Notes under the pieces: model-generated | Told to the model about the DNA's origin: nothing | Databases searched by the model: none | The model's input: the letters and a program-made list of their open reading frames with translations, nothing else | Translations under genes and position numbers: made by a program | Part shown: positions 40,880 to 53,300 of the stretch, piece by piece | How positions within the stretch are numbered: position 1 is the stretch's first letter | How the letters are laid out: every line of letters starts with the position of its first letter | From: Epiperipatus broadwayi | Taxonomy: Eukaryota > Animalia > Onychophora | NCBI GenBank assembly: GCA_028023455.1 | Contig: JAQFVV010000001.1 | Location: 25,792,001 to 25,856,000, forward strand | Reading direction: 5' to 3' | DNA: 64,000 nt

Positions 40880-42686
40880 TGGAGACAATGAAAGAGATAT
40901 TGAATTCTGTCTCTCTCAGAATTTATGTATACAAAGCTTCTATGGAGATATTGGTAAAGCTCTATCTAGTGATCATAAAATGCAAGCTATAAGCAAGTTA
41001 ACGAAATTTATAACTTGTTTTGTTTATCATATATATATATATATCATTATATATATATATATATATATATATATAATGACTGTAGAAAGAAGTTTACTGT
41101 AAACTAAAAGGAAACTTTTTGATTCTCCTTTGAGACTTAAAATAATGTTGCAGAGCAATTTTTTAAAGTCCACTTCATATGTTCTTGTAGTTATAACTAT
41201 TATTATCATATAATTTTTGTATGAACAAACCAACATAGATGGGCTGCTCATCAGTGTGCACTTGTGAACATGGTGAGTGTGTTGGCTTTTGACAAATGAG
41301 TTGAAGATTTAAAAACCATGGTCGTTCTTCTCAATTGCTGGCTTATAACTGAAATATCAGTTGAATGTTCTTGAAGGCAGAGTAAATGTGTATGTGAACA
41401 AATTTTTGTATAGATACTGTATTTATAATTATGAAAGACAAGTTATAGTCTTTTCCTAGGAGGCTGTAAAGTCACCAGCCAAAGCAGCACTTGGAAGATG
41501 AAGGCAGAGGGTATTAAAGAATTTTTTGATTGTGGAACTGGAATGCCATTCAAATCTGAACTTTCATTTAGTTACTTAAAACCATGGGTTACTTTCAAAT
41601 GAAGACTGTATAAATTGAAAGAAAAAGGTCCGATATTAAATGGGATATTGTGAACTTTTGTGAAGTTAAAAGTAAATATAAAGAGAGAGTTGCTGCAAAA
41701 AAGATTTACTTTACTATAAAGGCACAAACATTGCAAAACACAAATAAGAAGAGATTCATTATAAATATTAAAAAAATAATCACATTGGAAAATTGATGGT
41801 ATATCAAATAAATTAGAAAGATTACTAATTCAAATTAATGGAAAATAATAAATGCAGGTAATTAAGGTTTGCAGATAATTAAAGTTTATTCCCAACAAGT
41901 TCTCATTTTTATGAAGAAATAGTGGATTTTTATGTGACTTAATTAAATGCTTTTCATCAAATCAAACAGTATTTTAAAATTGCCAGGAAGACTTTGATGC
42001 TAGAATTGGTAAATGATTGAAAGATAAAAATGCTGTGGATAAATTTAATAATGGTGATATTTATGGAGTTTTTAGAAACAGAAAAAAACATGATTTATTT
42101 CTTTAATTAAAATGTTAAATGTAAATGAACATGTAAGCATTCAAATGAAAGTACAGCAAAAGAGTACATTTCGATGTATATAGTTCAAGACTCTAATATG
42201 CTTAATAGATTCAAGACATATTTCAAAATTGTAATGTTTTTAATAGATTCAATAAAGGAAATGATTCATCTTGATTAATGATATATAAGATAAGTGCTGG
42301 TATAAAACTAAAGATGAAAGTTATTAAAAAAACAGTATTAACAATTAATAACCATTAACTTTTAAGCTATCAATAAAGTCAACCTGTAGTCAAGAAACCC
42401 ACCTTTATCCATGGTCTGGCATGTTTATATAGACACTAAAAATTACAACTTGACCAAGAAGTGTGAGATTAATAATGCAAAGAAGATTAAACAAACCTAA
42501 TTAATCCTGCAAATATAACCTGTTCTGAAAGCAGACTAATAAATAGTAATTTATAATTTCCAAATTCCATATAAAGTATATATTTACTAAGACAATAAAT
42601 CCTATTACTCAAGATCTTAATAGGTATATAAATGTAGATGATAACAATCTCAATCTGTAGACAAATACAATCTTTAGGGTGCATAT

Positions 42687-45600
42687 CAGAGGTCTGAATT
42701 TTTTCATTGTGAGAGCCAAATTGTTTATTTCATTACTTTAGCAGGCCATAATAAAAAAAGATTTAAAAAAGTTATTTAAGTAAAAACAAGATAATTATTA
42801 ATGGGAATAATGAAACTGTTTTTGTAGTTTTAAAATATTAAATTAAGATTCAAATTTTGAAATGCCAATTATAAGTAGTGATTTCAAATAGTCATCAGAT
42901 AATTTTGCCCTGCATTTTGATTTAATATATTTCATTCTGGAAAAAGTTTGTTCACAGAGATACTTTGTCACAAAAAATGGAAATAAATTTACTAGCCAAT
43001 TTCTTTAAATTTGGAAACTGCACAGAGTTCAAAAATTTATAAAAATCATCAAATTTCCTTCCTAGTATTTGTCTTTAATATGATCATTTTTCAGTAGTTT
43101 AATAGTTTCTATTTGAATTTGACTTGAGACTTCTATGACATCACAGTCAAATGGATTTTGAAACAATCTAATTTCCTTAGAAAGGAAATTAAAGCAGTAA
43201 ATCATTTCTGAAATTGTTGTTTTAAATCTGAAATGATTAAATTTGTAAATATAGATGGAAATTTTGTTTCACCCTTTTTATACAATTCTGAACAGTATGG
43301 CATATGAGCAAAATTACAATCTTTAATTTGGCTTTCAAAAAGTATTAACTTTGCTCTGAATGCTTTAATATGAGAAAATAAATCTCAAAATTATTTTCAT
43401 CCTGAGTGTTAACCAGATCTTCAAGAAATGCCAACTTCCAAAATGACTCAATATTTGATAAAAGTAGCTCATAATGATTTTTCTTAATAAGAAATATATT
43501 AATTTCATTTTTGAGCTAAAAGAAGTGTGAAAGAATCTTGCCACAGCAAGTATAATATCTCAAGTTACCATACTTAGAATCTAAAAAAAAACTGAAACTG
43601 GTAATGATCAAATGCAGGAGAGTGAATAAAATTGACCAGAAATAATAGGTTTAACGACAGCTCATGTCAATGTGTTTTTTACAAAGTGCTTGTTGATGGA
43701 TAACACAATGAAGAAACATTGGTTTTGAAATTCCCATATCCTCTCAAGTTTTTGTGATTACTCCAACTAAATCCATCTTTGTGCCAGACATTTTTGTCAC
43801 CATCAACTGTTATGCACTGCAAACAATTCCAATCTAAGTTATATTCTGTTAGTATTTTTTGTGCTTCTTTGAATATATTCTCTCCTGTTGTTATGTCATG
43901 CATACTGTGAAGTGATGCTAATTCCTGTGTGACTTTAAGTTTATTTTGCCACAAAAAATATTAAGAGTTGCAAGGTATTACAAATATCTGTTGATTCATC
44001 CAATATGAGAATATTGAATGAAACAATGTGCTTTGCCTAGTATTTGTTGAACAATACTGTTTCCCATACTTTTGATCCACTGTGCAACAGTATTTGGTCC
44101 AATACTTATCATTTAAAAAAAAAAATTAAGTTTTTCTGGGCAAAACTCAGCCATTGCTTCTGTCATACATTCTTTGATGATATTGCCATTAGTAAATGGT
44201 TTCCCTCTTTCAGCAAACACATAAGTAATATTACAGCTTATCAAGGTCAAAGCCACATTTTCTGAATTTATCTTAGTAAAAAATCTTTTCTGAGAATGCA
44301 GACAGTGACTTTAATGATTCAAATTTATATGAATGCTGCATTTCTTTAAATTGTGAAAATGTTAAAGCATGTTTTGTTTCATAGTAATGACATATATTGT
44401 ATCTTTTAAGACAAACAAAACTGTTTTTACAAATAAGTCACATGGTATTATTGATTGTATGAAGATATATTTTGTATACCATTCTTCATTAAACATATGA
44501 TGTTCATCATCTATCTTTCTTTTCTTTATTTTACAACTTAAAAAATAATAAATTTATAAATTATGAAATTACTAAAATTTTTAAGTGCTCTGTAAAAGCA
44601 ACTGAAAATATACATTTAAACATAAATGTATGAAATTACAAATTATGTATTGCACTGCACTACTACACTGAATGCTCAAGAATTCTTGTGGACAATCAAT
44701 TGTAATGGGTATCAAGAAACATAAAATATGGTACCTGTATATAATGGCAGAAGCAGTTTTTTGTTTAAATATACAGTTTCAAGAGCTCCACAAGTATTTC
44801 TTTTTTTTTTCTTTCTACAATTTTATATTTAAAAATATGAGTTAGTTGTTAAGCTGAAAAAAATTAAAAAATCGATTATAAATTCCATTCAGAAGGTTTA
44901 TTTCAAGTTCTTCATTAACATTTAAATGCAACACACTCGAATTAATTTTATTTTAAAATGTGTGCATGTATTAATTCATTTATTGCATAAGCCTATATTC
45001 AAGAATAAATAAAAAATATTAAATAAATTATAACTCTAATTAGTTTTACCTAAATACTAGTAACAAACCAATAGATTTAATTTAAAAATTATACTAGAGC
45101 CATTTACAATGCTGTGAATTGATAATGTCAATCGAGGCCAAACAATAAAAACTACTACGATGTGTACAATTGCGGTTCCGACAATGATGAAAATTTCTGG
45201 CCCCAAACAAATGTGTATATAAGACAGAAGTCCACCAATAAATTTCTAAACTTGCAATCTTAGAAAATAACATCTGCATGGGGATTTCTGACAAACTTAA
45301 TTGATTAATTTGAAAAAATGATTTCTAAGTTTATTTACTGCAAAATGGTGAACTATAACTTTATTTAGTGGAAATGAAACAAACATGTAAGTACCAAATA
45401 GAAAAAATCAAATAAACAATTTTTAATATTTGCAATTCAAAGAAAAAGAGGCAATTTAATGATATAATTTTAATAAATTATTTACTATCAAACAATTTAT
45501 TTTTAAAACAAATGACCATATGCTTAAATCAAAAAATTTAAACTATTTTCAGTGTTTATATTTTTAAAAAACAAAACAAAAAGGTAGTTCAACCAAACAA

Positions 45601-46206
45601 GTTTCACTATTTATTATAATTTTCCAAACAATTGTCCTTTTTTTTATTTTTGAATCGCAAATACTGAAAATTTTTTAATTTTTTCGATTTAAGCACATGA
45701 TGATTTGTTTTGAAATAAATTGTTTGATAATAAATAATTAAACTTGTTTCATTAAATTGTCTATTTTTTTTTAAAATCGCAAATGTTGAAAATTGTTAAT
45801 TTGAATTTTTCTATTTGGTACTTACATGTTTGTTTTATTTTTATTAAATAAAGTTATAAACCACAATTTTGTAGTAAATAAACTTAGAGGTCATCATTTT
45901 TCAGCATTGATCGATTACATTTATCAGAAACATCTGTATGAACATTATTGCGCAAACGTTATTTTCCAAAATTACAAGATTAGAAAATTATTGCAGGACT
46001 AAAACACAAGTATTATATTAATGTAATATGGAATATCAGCAAATTTTCAACACAATTAAAGCATTTGAAAACTCTCAGCACCCCATGCTTTTTGTAGATA
46101 CCCATTGGAAAATTCACATTTTCACACAATTCTTTCTTTTGTGGGCCATATAAAATCATATTGCAGGTTGGATATGGCCTATAGGCCATAGTTTGGAGAT
46201 GCCCTA
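42687..46206 (-). mobile_element. Decayed hAT transposon (SPIN/Charlie, GTF2IRD2-like transposase)
   Basis: Minus ORF ELASLHSMHDITTGENIF...LDWNCLQCITVDG matches hAT 'E.L....M...TTG.DIF...L.W..L..ITTDG'. Ends cagaggtctgaa... and ...gtttggagatgcccta resemble hAT TIRs; no clean TSD. Confidence 0.75.
45235..45995. repeat. Foldback / long-TIR MITE-like element inside the first hAT
   Basis: About 45240-45556 is an imperfect reverse complement of about 45655-45990 (for example aaacaaacatgtaagtaccaaatagaaaaa versus tttttctatttggtacttacatgtttgttt). Confidence 0.8.
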
Positions 46207-46262
46207 GTCTTTATAAACATATCAGACCATAAATAAAGAAGGTTGATTATTATCATCCACAT

Positions 46263-49135
46263 CAAGAGTTCCCAAACTTTTTTCAGCTGCAGATATATTT
46301 ATCAAAAACTTTTAAAACCATCAACCCCCTAGTCATTTACTTTACTTACTCAAATTGATAAATTTCTCCAGTACTTAATACTAAATATTTCACTGAATAT
46401 CAAACTTCATTTTAATCATGTAATTAATGATTGAAAAAGATTAAAGGACTATGGAAAATTACATTATCTTGTGCAACATTTAATATCAAAACCTGTACTA
46501 ACGAAAATTAAAGCAAAAAAATATGAGCAGAGTTTTTTTTTAATTTTTGACATTTATGAAATAAATATGTAAATTCAAAATCAATGCAAATATTGAAGTC
46601 ACTTTATTAAACATAAAAATGAAGTGAAAAATTAACAATATTTAGCCAGAATTAAACATCAACAAAATTACAACAATGAAAGATTTTAATCAGAATTATA
46701 AAAATAAGAATTCCAAGCATGGAAAACTGAATTTAATGAGATTGGGTGCACCTGATGATCTATCAACAATTTATCTATGTCTGGTTTTAAATTAGTGAGT
46801 TGCATCCTCAAATATTCACATTCAGTGATATGCAATCGACATCTGTTCTGAAGCAGGTTTAAAACTACCCTGAAGCTTCTCTCTATTAGATACAATGTTG
46901 AGAATGCCAGCAAATACTTTTGTACAACAGTCTGTAGAGCCAAGTACAGAAGTGGAATATCCCGTTGCTGCCAAAACTTTTGATAACCCTATTTGAATTG
47001 TACTTTGAGATCCTCATTCATGCTGTTGGTTATCTGCTCATCTTGCAAAATTGTATTTTATTCTGAACTAGTAGTGTATGGGTCAATGCTCATGGGATCC
47101 TGTTCAATATTGTCAATGATAGAATATCTTTGAATCTAGTTTTAAAATCTAAGTGAAGAGCCTTCAAGTAGTTGACATATAGCAAGATGTTTTCTTCTTG
47201 GATTATGTCTATTTAAAATAAGTTGGGAAACTGGGAAAGCTCAGATCTTGCAATATTTTGCTTTAAAAACATTAATCTGGCAACAAAAGCTGATATGACT
47301 GATTTTGCTTTAATAAGATTCAAATTGTCTTATTGCAGTTGTAAATTAACATAATTAAAATTTTTAAATAGTCAGTTAAATAAGCAATATCTGTTTTACT
47401 CTCAAGTAAATTTTCTTTCAAACTGGAATCCTCATATTCCAAAAACTCTAAAACAGATTGAAAAAGTACAAATAATTTTCCAAACATAAATCTTTTGAAA
47501 AACAGCAGACTTTGGTATGGGGAACTAATCTATAAAAATCTTTGTCACTTTCCTTGTGTAATCAAGTGAATAGTCTACTGTTTTTGTTCACAGCTGTTAT
47601 AACGAACTGAATCAACTGATGCAATTTCTTGCTGAGGTTATTGGATACTAAATGTTGCCTATGGATTATAGTGAACTGCAAGCATTTCAGGTACATTTTG
47701 GTTCAGGTAACTTATGAAACCATGATAATGATCAACAATAGCTGGTAATCCATCTGTCATAACTGATATTATATTTCTCACTAGAATCACTTTTTTCCTG
47801 AAAAATAGCTCTATTAAATTAAAAATCAATTCATCTCTGATGTCAGTTTCTAAAGTTCTGGCAAACATCAGCTCTTCATGCACTTCCTGATCTTGAATAA
47901 AGTGAACATATGCCAGCAACAAAGCTTCATTTCTGGGTATGCTGACTTGTCCAATTGGAGAAAAAAAACTTTTTTTTGCAAATAATTACACAGTTTTTTA
48001 TGCCATGACTCATTTTGTCAATACATCTTTGAACTGTGTTATTGCTCAAAGGATTCCTTTTTATTACCTCTTGTGTAGATTTGTAGAGTACAGTGTTAAA
48101 TACCTTCACTATGGTGGTAGAATCAGTTTCTCCTCTATGATGTGCAGCTCACCAGACTTTATGATGAGTAGGGATATGTTGTATGATTCCCTTAATCCAT
48201 CATCATTTTGCTTCAATGATAAAACAAACATATATATTATAGTTCTCTTCAGAATTTTATCTTTAAGTGATTGAAAGTATGATGAACTTTTTTTCATTTT
48301 TGTGAGGCTGAATTCTGTTCAAGTGATCTACTAGATTTTATGGTTTCATAGCATTGTTGCTAAAGATTTTTTTGCATATGAAGCACATTGGTAAATGTTT
48401 GTTTGATAATGACAGGCCAAATACTAGCTTCAAATACTCCAGGATGCACTGTCTGCATTTCTTTTTGGTTCAATTATGTTATTATCATAAGCAATAAAAA
48501 CTTTTATTAGCAAACAATTTTGACAGTATGTACTTACTTGAAACAAATGATTTTTGATCAAACTCAAATAAATAAACTGTGCCTTCTGATTTTTTTTCGT
48601 AATACTGCTCCTCAATAAATAATTATATTCAAAGTTCAAATCACAAATAAGTACATGTCACATCAAACAAACCAATTTATAGTGTTTTATGAAAGCATGA
48701 CCGTACAAGATTGATAGATTCTGCTAATATCGAATATCATCTTATTCCACCATGAACAGGTGCAAACATGCAATGGATTTTTTATGTTTGCACTTCCTTT
48801 GATACATTTGATAAGAAATTGCACAGACATGTTTGTGCTACATGTATTTTCATGCATTCTTATGTGTGACTCTTTTAATGACAAATTTTACCTTTTCGTT
48901 CACAAGTTTAGTATGTAATGTGTTTTTATCAAAAAAGTGTGTTTTTTTTAATTATTTTACTTCTTAATTAGGTACCTATTGGAATAATGGATATTTTGAA
49001 GTAACAAACAAATAGCAGTAGTAAGAGAGTCTATTTTTGTTGTCATTGACCCCCAAATTTTTATTAAAACTATCAACTCCTAAAAAGTTAAAATCGACCC
49101 CAGAGAATCAATATCAATCATTTTGGGAACTCTTG
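46263..49135 (-). mobile_element. hAT transposon, Buster/ZBED5-like, full length (2873 bp) with decayed transposase
   Basis: TIRs caagagttcccaaa at both ends; 8-bp TSD atccacat (46255-46262) / atctacat (49136-49143). Minus fragments PLSNNTVQRCIDKMS, LLAYVHFIQDQEVHEELMFARTL, ISVMTDGLPAIV and FSTLYLIERSF. Confidence 0.92.
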
Positions 49136-49574
49136 ATCTACATTTACAAATATATTAAAGCTTTGATATGATTAATCATCAGAAATATCCTAGTAAATTT
49201 AAATTAAAAAATTTCAAATCGATTTAAAATATTAATAGGCTGTGAAGATGATTCATACATGAATGAAATCAATAAGCGGATAATTGATAAACTGTTAAAA
49301 ACCTACAAAAAAGATAGCTTTTACAAAAAAGCAATGATTTACATAAAGGATTATAATTTTTTTAATGATATATTAAGAAGGAGTAAATATCTAGAATTTT
49401 GTAAAATGGTACAAAAGAGTTAATAACAATGTAAGGAAATATAATTGAGAATCAAAAATGATAGTTATAGACGAGATTTAAATTCTCAAGAGTATAAAAC
49501 ATCTTGGTATTAAAAATAATTGTTTCTGTAATAAGATGAAAAGTTAAAACTATTATTAAAAGCATCAACCATAC

Positions 49575-49760
49575 TTATGGTTTCAGGTTTGATTCTGATA
49601 TGGGAAATTCGAATTTTTTTTCATGTTTTAATCAGGCTTAAGATTTTATCCAATCCATTTATCTATTCAATATTGGTTGATAAATGAGAATCTAGCAATT
49701 CTTAACTAGGAAATAAACAATGATAGGTAAGCAATCAAATTTTTATCAATTGATAATTGA
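49575..49760 (+). mobile_element. Possible degenerate tRNA-head SINE with a Nin-like central domain
   Basis: B-box-like ggtttgattc followed by 'ttggttgataaatgagaatctagc', resembling 'ggtcgataaatgagtaccagc' as I recall it from invertebrate SINEs. Confidence 0.3.
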
Positions 49761-50152
49761 AAAACCTGTCGAAAATGTTATTTGTTAATTGAATCTATCA
49801 CAGGTTAATGGAGAAGTTTTGTTCCTCAATAGATTTTTCAAAGCTGTTTTCTAAATATAACCAATCTTTTTCTGATAGTGAATAAGATTATAACATTAAT
49901 GTTTTATATACAACTTAACAATTAAATTTAAGTGTAAATAAATAGATTCAATCATCACTAAATCTCATAAGCATAAATGCTTTGAATTATCTAATTTACT
50001 ATAAATATTAAATAGTATAGGAAATAAGCCTAAAATAAACTTCATTTACATTATATTGGAAAACGTGTTATGAGATTTATTGATAATCTAGATTTTTTAA
50101 TGCATTTTGTTAATATCTATTTATATTTAAAAATTATGTTATTTATTTTAAG

Positions 50153-50303
50153 CTGGAAAACCTCCGTCAGATGAAATAAAATATCAAGCCAAAATTGCGG
50201 GTATAAATAGTACTATGTACTATGTTTTTGCAGTATTCAGCATCCTTGGTATCCTGTTTTCTTCCATTTGTCTTATTTTTAATATTAGTTATATGAATCA
50301 TAA
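50153..50303 (+). CDS. Internal exon of GABA-B-like GPCR, (A)GKPPSDEIKYQAKIAGINSTMYYVFAVFSILGILFSSICLIFNISYMNH(K): stalk and TM1
   Basis: Acceptor ttttaag, donor gtaaat; 151 nt, phase 1/2. 'G.PP.D' followed directly by a hydrophobic helix ending 'L.FNI....'. No cysteine-rich domain, which fits the GABA-B type rather than mGluR. Confidence 0.92.
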
Positions 50304-53300
50304 GTAAATATCTTTTTTTATTATTATTTAATACATAATATACATTTTAGTGCACTTTGATTTCACTTTATAATAATTTTATATTTAGTTATTAATAATA
50401 TATGTGTGTAAAAATAATGATATAATACATATTTTTGCATATTATTTCATGACAAAACTGTATATTGTTAAAATATCAACAAGATTTAATGATAAGAAAC
50501 CAAACATCAGCAGCCAAGTAATAATTAGCAGTAGGCTATAATAATTAGCCATAATTAAGGATAATATTTTCATGCAATATACTAATCTAGATCCTACTCA
50601 AACTTGTCTTAAAATGTATATACATATTGATTCTCAAATTATTAAAGTGTTAATAATGCTTATTTACAATGTAAACTTATGTGATTGAAAATGGAAAAAT
50701 AATATATATCAAAATTTATCCTCATAATTTTAGTAATAATTATTTTACAATCTGTTCCAATGACCTAATAAGATAGCTTAACATTTTTATTATTTTATTA
50801 ATCAATTATTAAAAGCAAAAAAAATAATTGTAAATATGAAAACTTTTAATTCATTTACATTATGCAATGCAATTTTTGTTGTTTATTACAGTTAGCTTTA
50901 ACAAACTTACAATATTTAGAATTGTCTATCACTAACTGATATGCTTGGTTTACTTATTATAAGTACCAAACTACTTTTTCATTTTTCATTCTTTTTGTTT
51001 TTTTATCCTGATTCCGTCATTGTTAATTATCAATAAATAAATAAATTTGTTTCATTTATCTTTGAAACTATGGACATTTATGTTTGATTTGTTCTTACCA
51101 TATGTATTGCTCTTATCATGAATTCTTTTCACTATTCTTAATAGATTTTCTCTGTAAATATTTTATATCCAAAAAAACTGATCAACTCATCCCTTTAAAT
51201 TTGTTTTTTAAAATTGTTAGGAACATTTTTACATTTCTATCTTATTTTTTATTACCAATTAATAATTACTGTACATTTAAATAGGAAACTATTTAGCACA
51301 ATTAAGATCTTATATTCAAAAGTCTGACGACATCTTGCTGCTTTTCTGAAGAAAAAAAGTTCAATCTTAGGCAATAAATAACTATCTGTAACTTCTAGTT
51401 CATGCTCTGTATTTCTTACTTTTTTCCTTATATTTTTTTCTTTCTTTGCCATCTGTTTGCCAGATTTCTTTTCCTGTTTTTTTCTGACTCTTTCTTTTTA
51501 ATCCATGACTTTTTTCTCTTTATCCCCCCCCCCCCAACATAACTTCTGTTCTCTCTCTCTTTCTTAGTTGATGTCAAAAGTCTAGTAGAATAATAATGTT
51601 GAGTTTATACCCTATCTCAAAGACATTAAAATTATATTCATTGAATATAAATATATAAAACTAGTAATCCAAAATTATAAACATATATTTTATTAGTTTT
51701 GGTACATAATTTTTTAATTTAAAAATTGTGCACGTTCAAATTTTCTTCAGAGATTGATAATTGCAAATAAACAATACTTTCAGTTTTAACTTTTATATGT
51801 AAACTTTAAAACGGTTACTCTGAAACATATTAATTCATATTGTCATTTTCTTTTTCCTCTTTTGAGTAAGTTCATAATTTTCTATTTGTGGAAGAATTTA
51901 GTTTTGTAATAAAAAATACAACAATATTAATAATAAAAATTAAAAAATAATTTAAATGTATCATTGCTGAATGGAGAACAATTTAGTTGTTTATATATAT
52001 ATATTGGACTAGTTTCATCATTTAATATTAAGTATTGAATGTCTTTAGAAAAATTTAACTTTATTTCTATTTTCCAATTACATTCAACTGTTAGTAATAG
52101 CACGCAGGTTAATGTATGATTAACGTTTCAAATTGTATTATTCTCCTCTCTTATTCAGGTCTGACCAATGACTGTATTAGCATGGAAATAGAATGTGGAC
52201 CCATAGATTTTTGAATATTGAATTTTAAGGTAATGCTCTAATCAACTGAGCCATTCTGTCAAAGGCAACAGAAGAAAATTTCATACACTTATCTATGAGT
52301 TTTCTCCTGATTTCTTCACTTTTTCTTATACATTATGTAAACTAGGTTGATTTATGGGATTATTCATCATTGTCATGTGAGCAGCCTTTTTTCTTCTTTG
52401 TAATTTTTCCTCACTATCCAATACTTTTGTATTTTCCCAACTGAACATATGTTTGTTGGTACATACATGGTCTACTACCTTATACACTCCTGTTTTCTCT
52501 CTTCTAATCATCAGTTTGTGCTTTTACAACCACTTTTCAATGGAGCAACTGGTATTTTATAGATACAGTTTTTGCTTTTCTGCATTTCATGTTTAGGCTT
52601 TGTAGAACTGGACAAATTAAAAAACATGAACTTTTTTATGTAAATCTGAAGGGATAAATTTTAAGGGTTTGCAACTGAAACTTCTAATTCACTTCCAGAG
52701 ATCTGGAAAAATTACTCAGAGAGCAATTGAAGTTCTGTTAAGAGAAAGAATAAATGCTCAAAGGTTTTGTGAGTATCAAACCACACAATCCATTAATAAT
52801 GTAGAATATTTTTTTAATAATAAACTTACTAATGAAGACTTTACAAGAGTTTTTCAAACAGTAAAAAAATCATATTCTACATTACAAGGAAAAATAAAAG
52901 AATGCCAAAAAACTTGCAAACATACATGGGCATATCAAAAGTCTTAATGTACAAAGTAGTGTAATAGCTCCAACTGTTAAAAATCTTAATTCTAAACATC
53001 TAACAGATTTTGAAATTTCTGTTCTTGGAAAAAAGATTAAACTTTGACATTACACCAACTAATCTCACTTTATTTGATATAATGGCATTCACTGAAGAAG
53101 TTACTCCAAATTGCCTTTAGAAGAAGCAGCAGCATTATGCTGGAAAGAGGTGACAAAAATTGAAGCCAAGCATATCCTATGATGAGAGGAAAGTGATTAA
53201 GTCTTTCAAAGTTGATAAATCTATAATCATTTTCCCTGAAGACAAAGGCAATACAATAGTTGTAATGAATACAAGTGATTGTGAAACAAAATACAAGAAC

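Larger units (their letters stand above)
40071..41029. mobile_element. Non-autonomous hammerhead-bearing element (retrozyme / PLE-derivative-like), arrangement (A'C')-A-B-C-A-B, inserted in (TA)n
   Basis: 40071-40416 is the reverse complement of about 40630-40976. 40417-40612 is a direct copy of 40835-41029 (about 8 substitutions). No ORF; TA runs on both flanks. Confidence 0.85.
41540..49400 (+). mobile_element. Decayed RTE-clade LINE interrupted by two hAT insertions (pieces at about 41540-42686, 46207-46262 and 49144-49400)
   Basis: APE motifs KWDIVNFCEVK and GDFDARIG (frameshifted), then 'IFTKTI...DN....FR' before 42687, 'QTIN..K..Y.P' in the 56-bp spacer and a frameshifted 'KAFD..H' after 49143. 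RT motif order is collinear across the insertions. Confidence 0.7.

Noticed and set aside
42679-46214. 8-bp TSD for the first hAT (gtgcatat / gtctttat)
   Set aside because: Only 5 of 8 positions match, so it is not claimed as a TSD.
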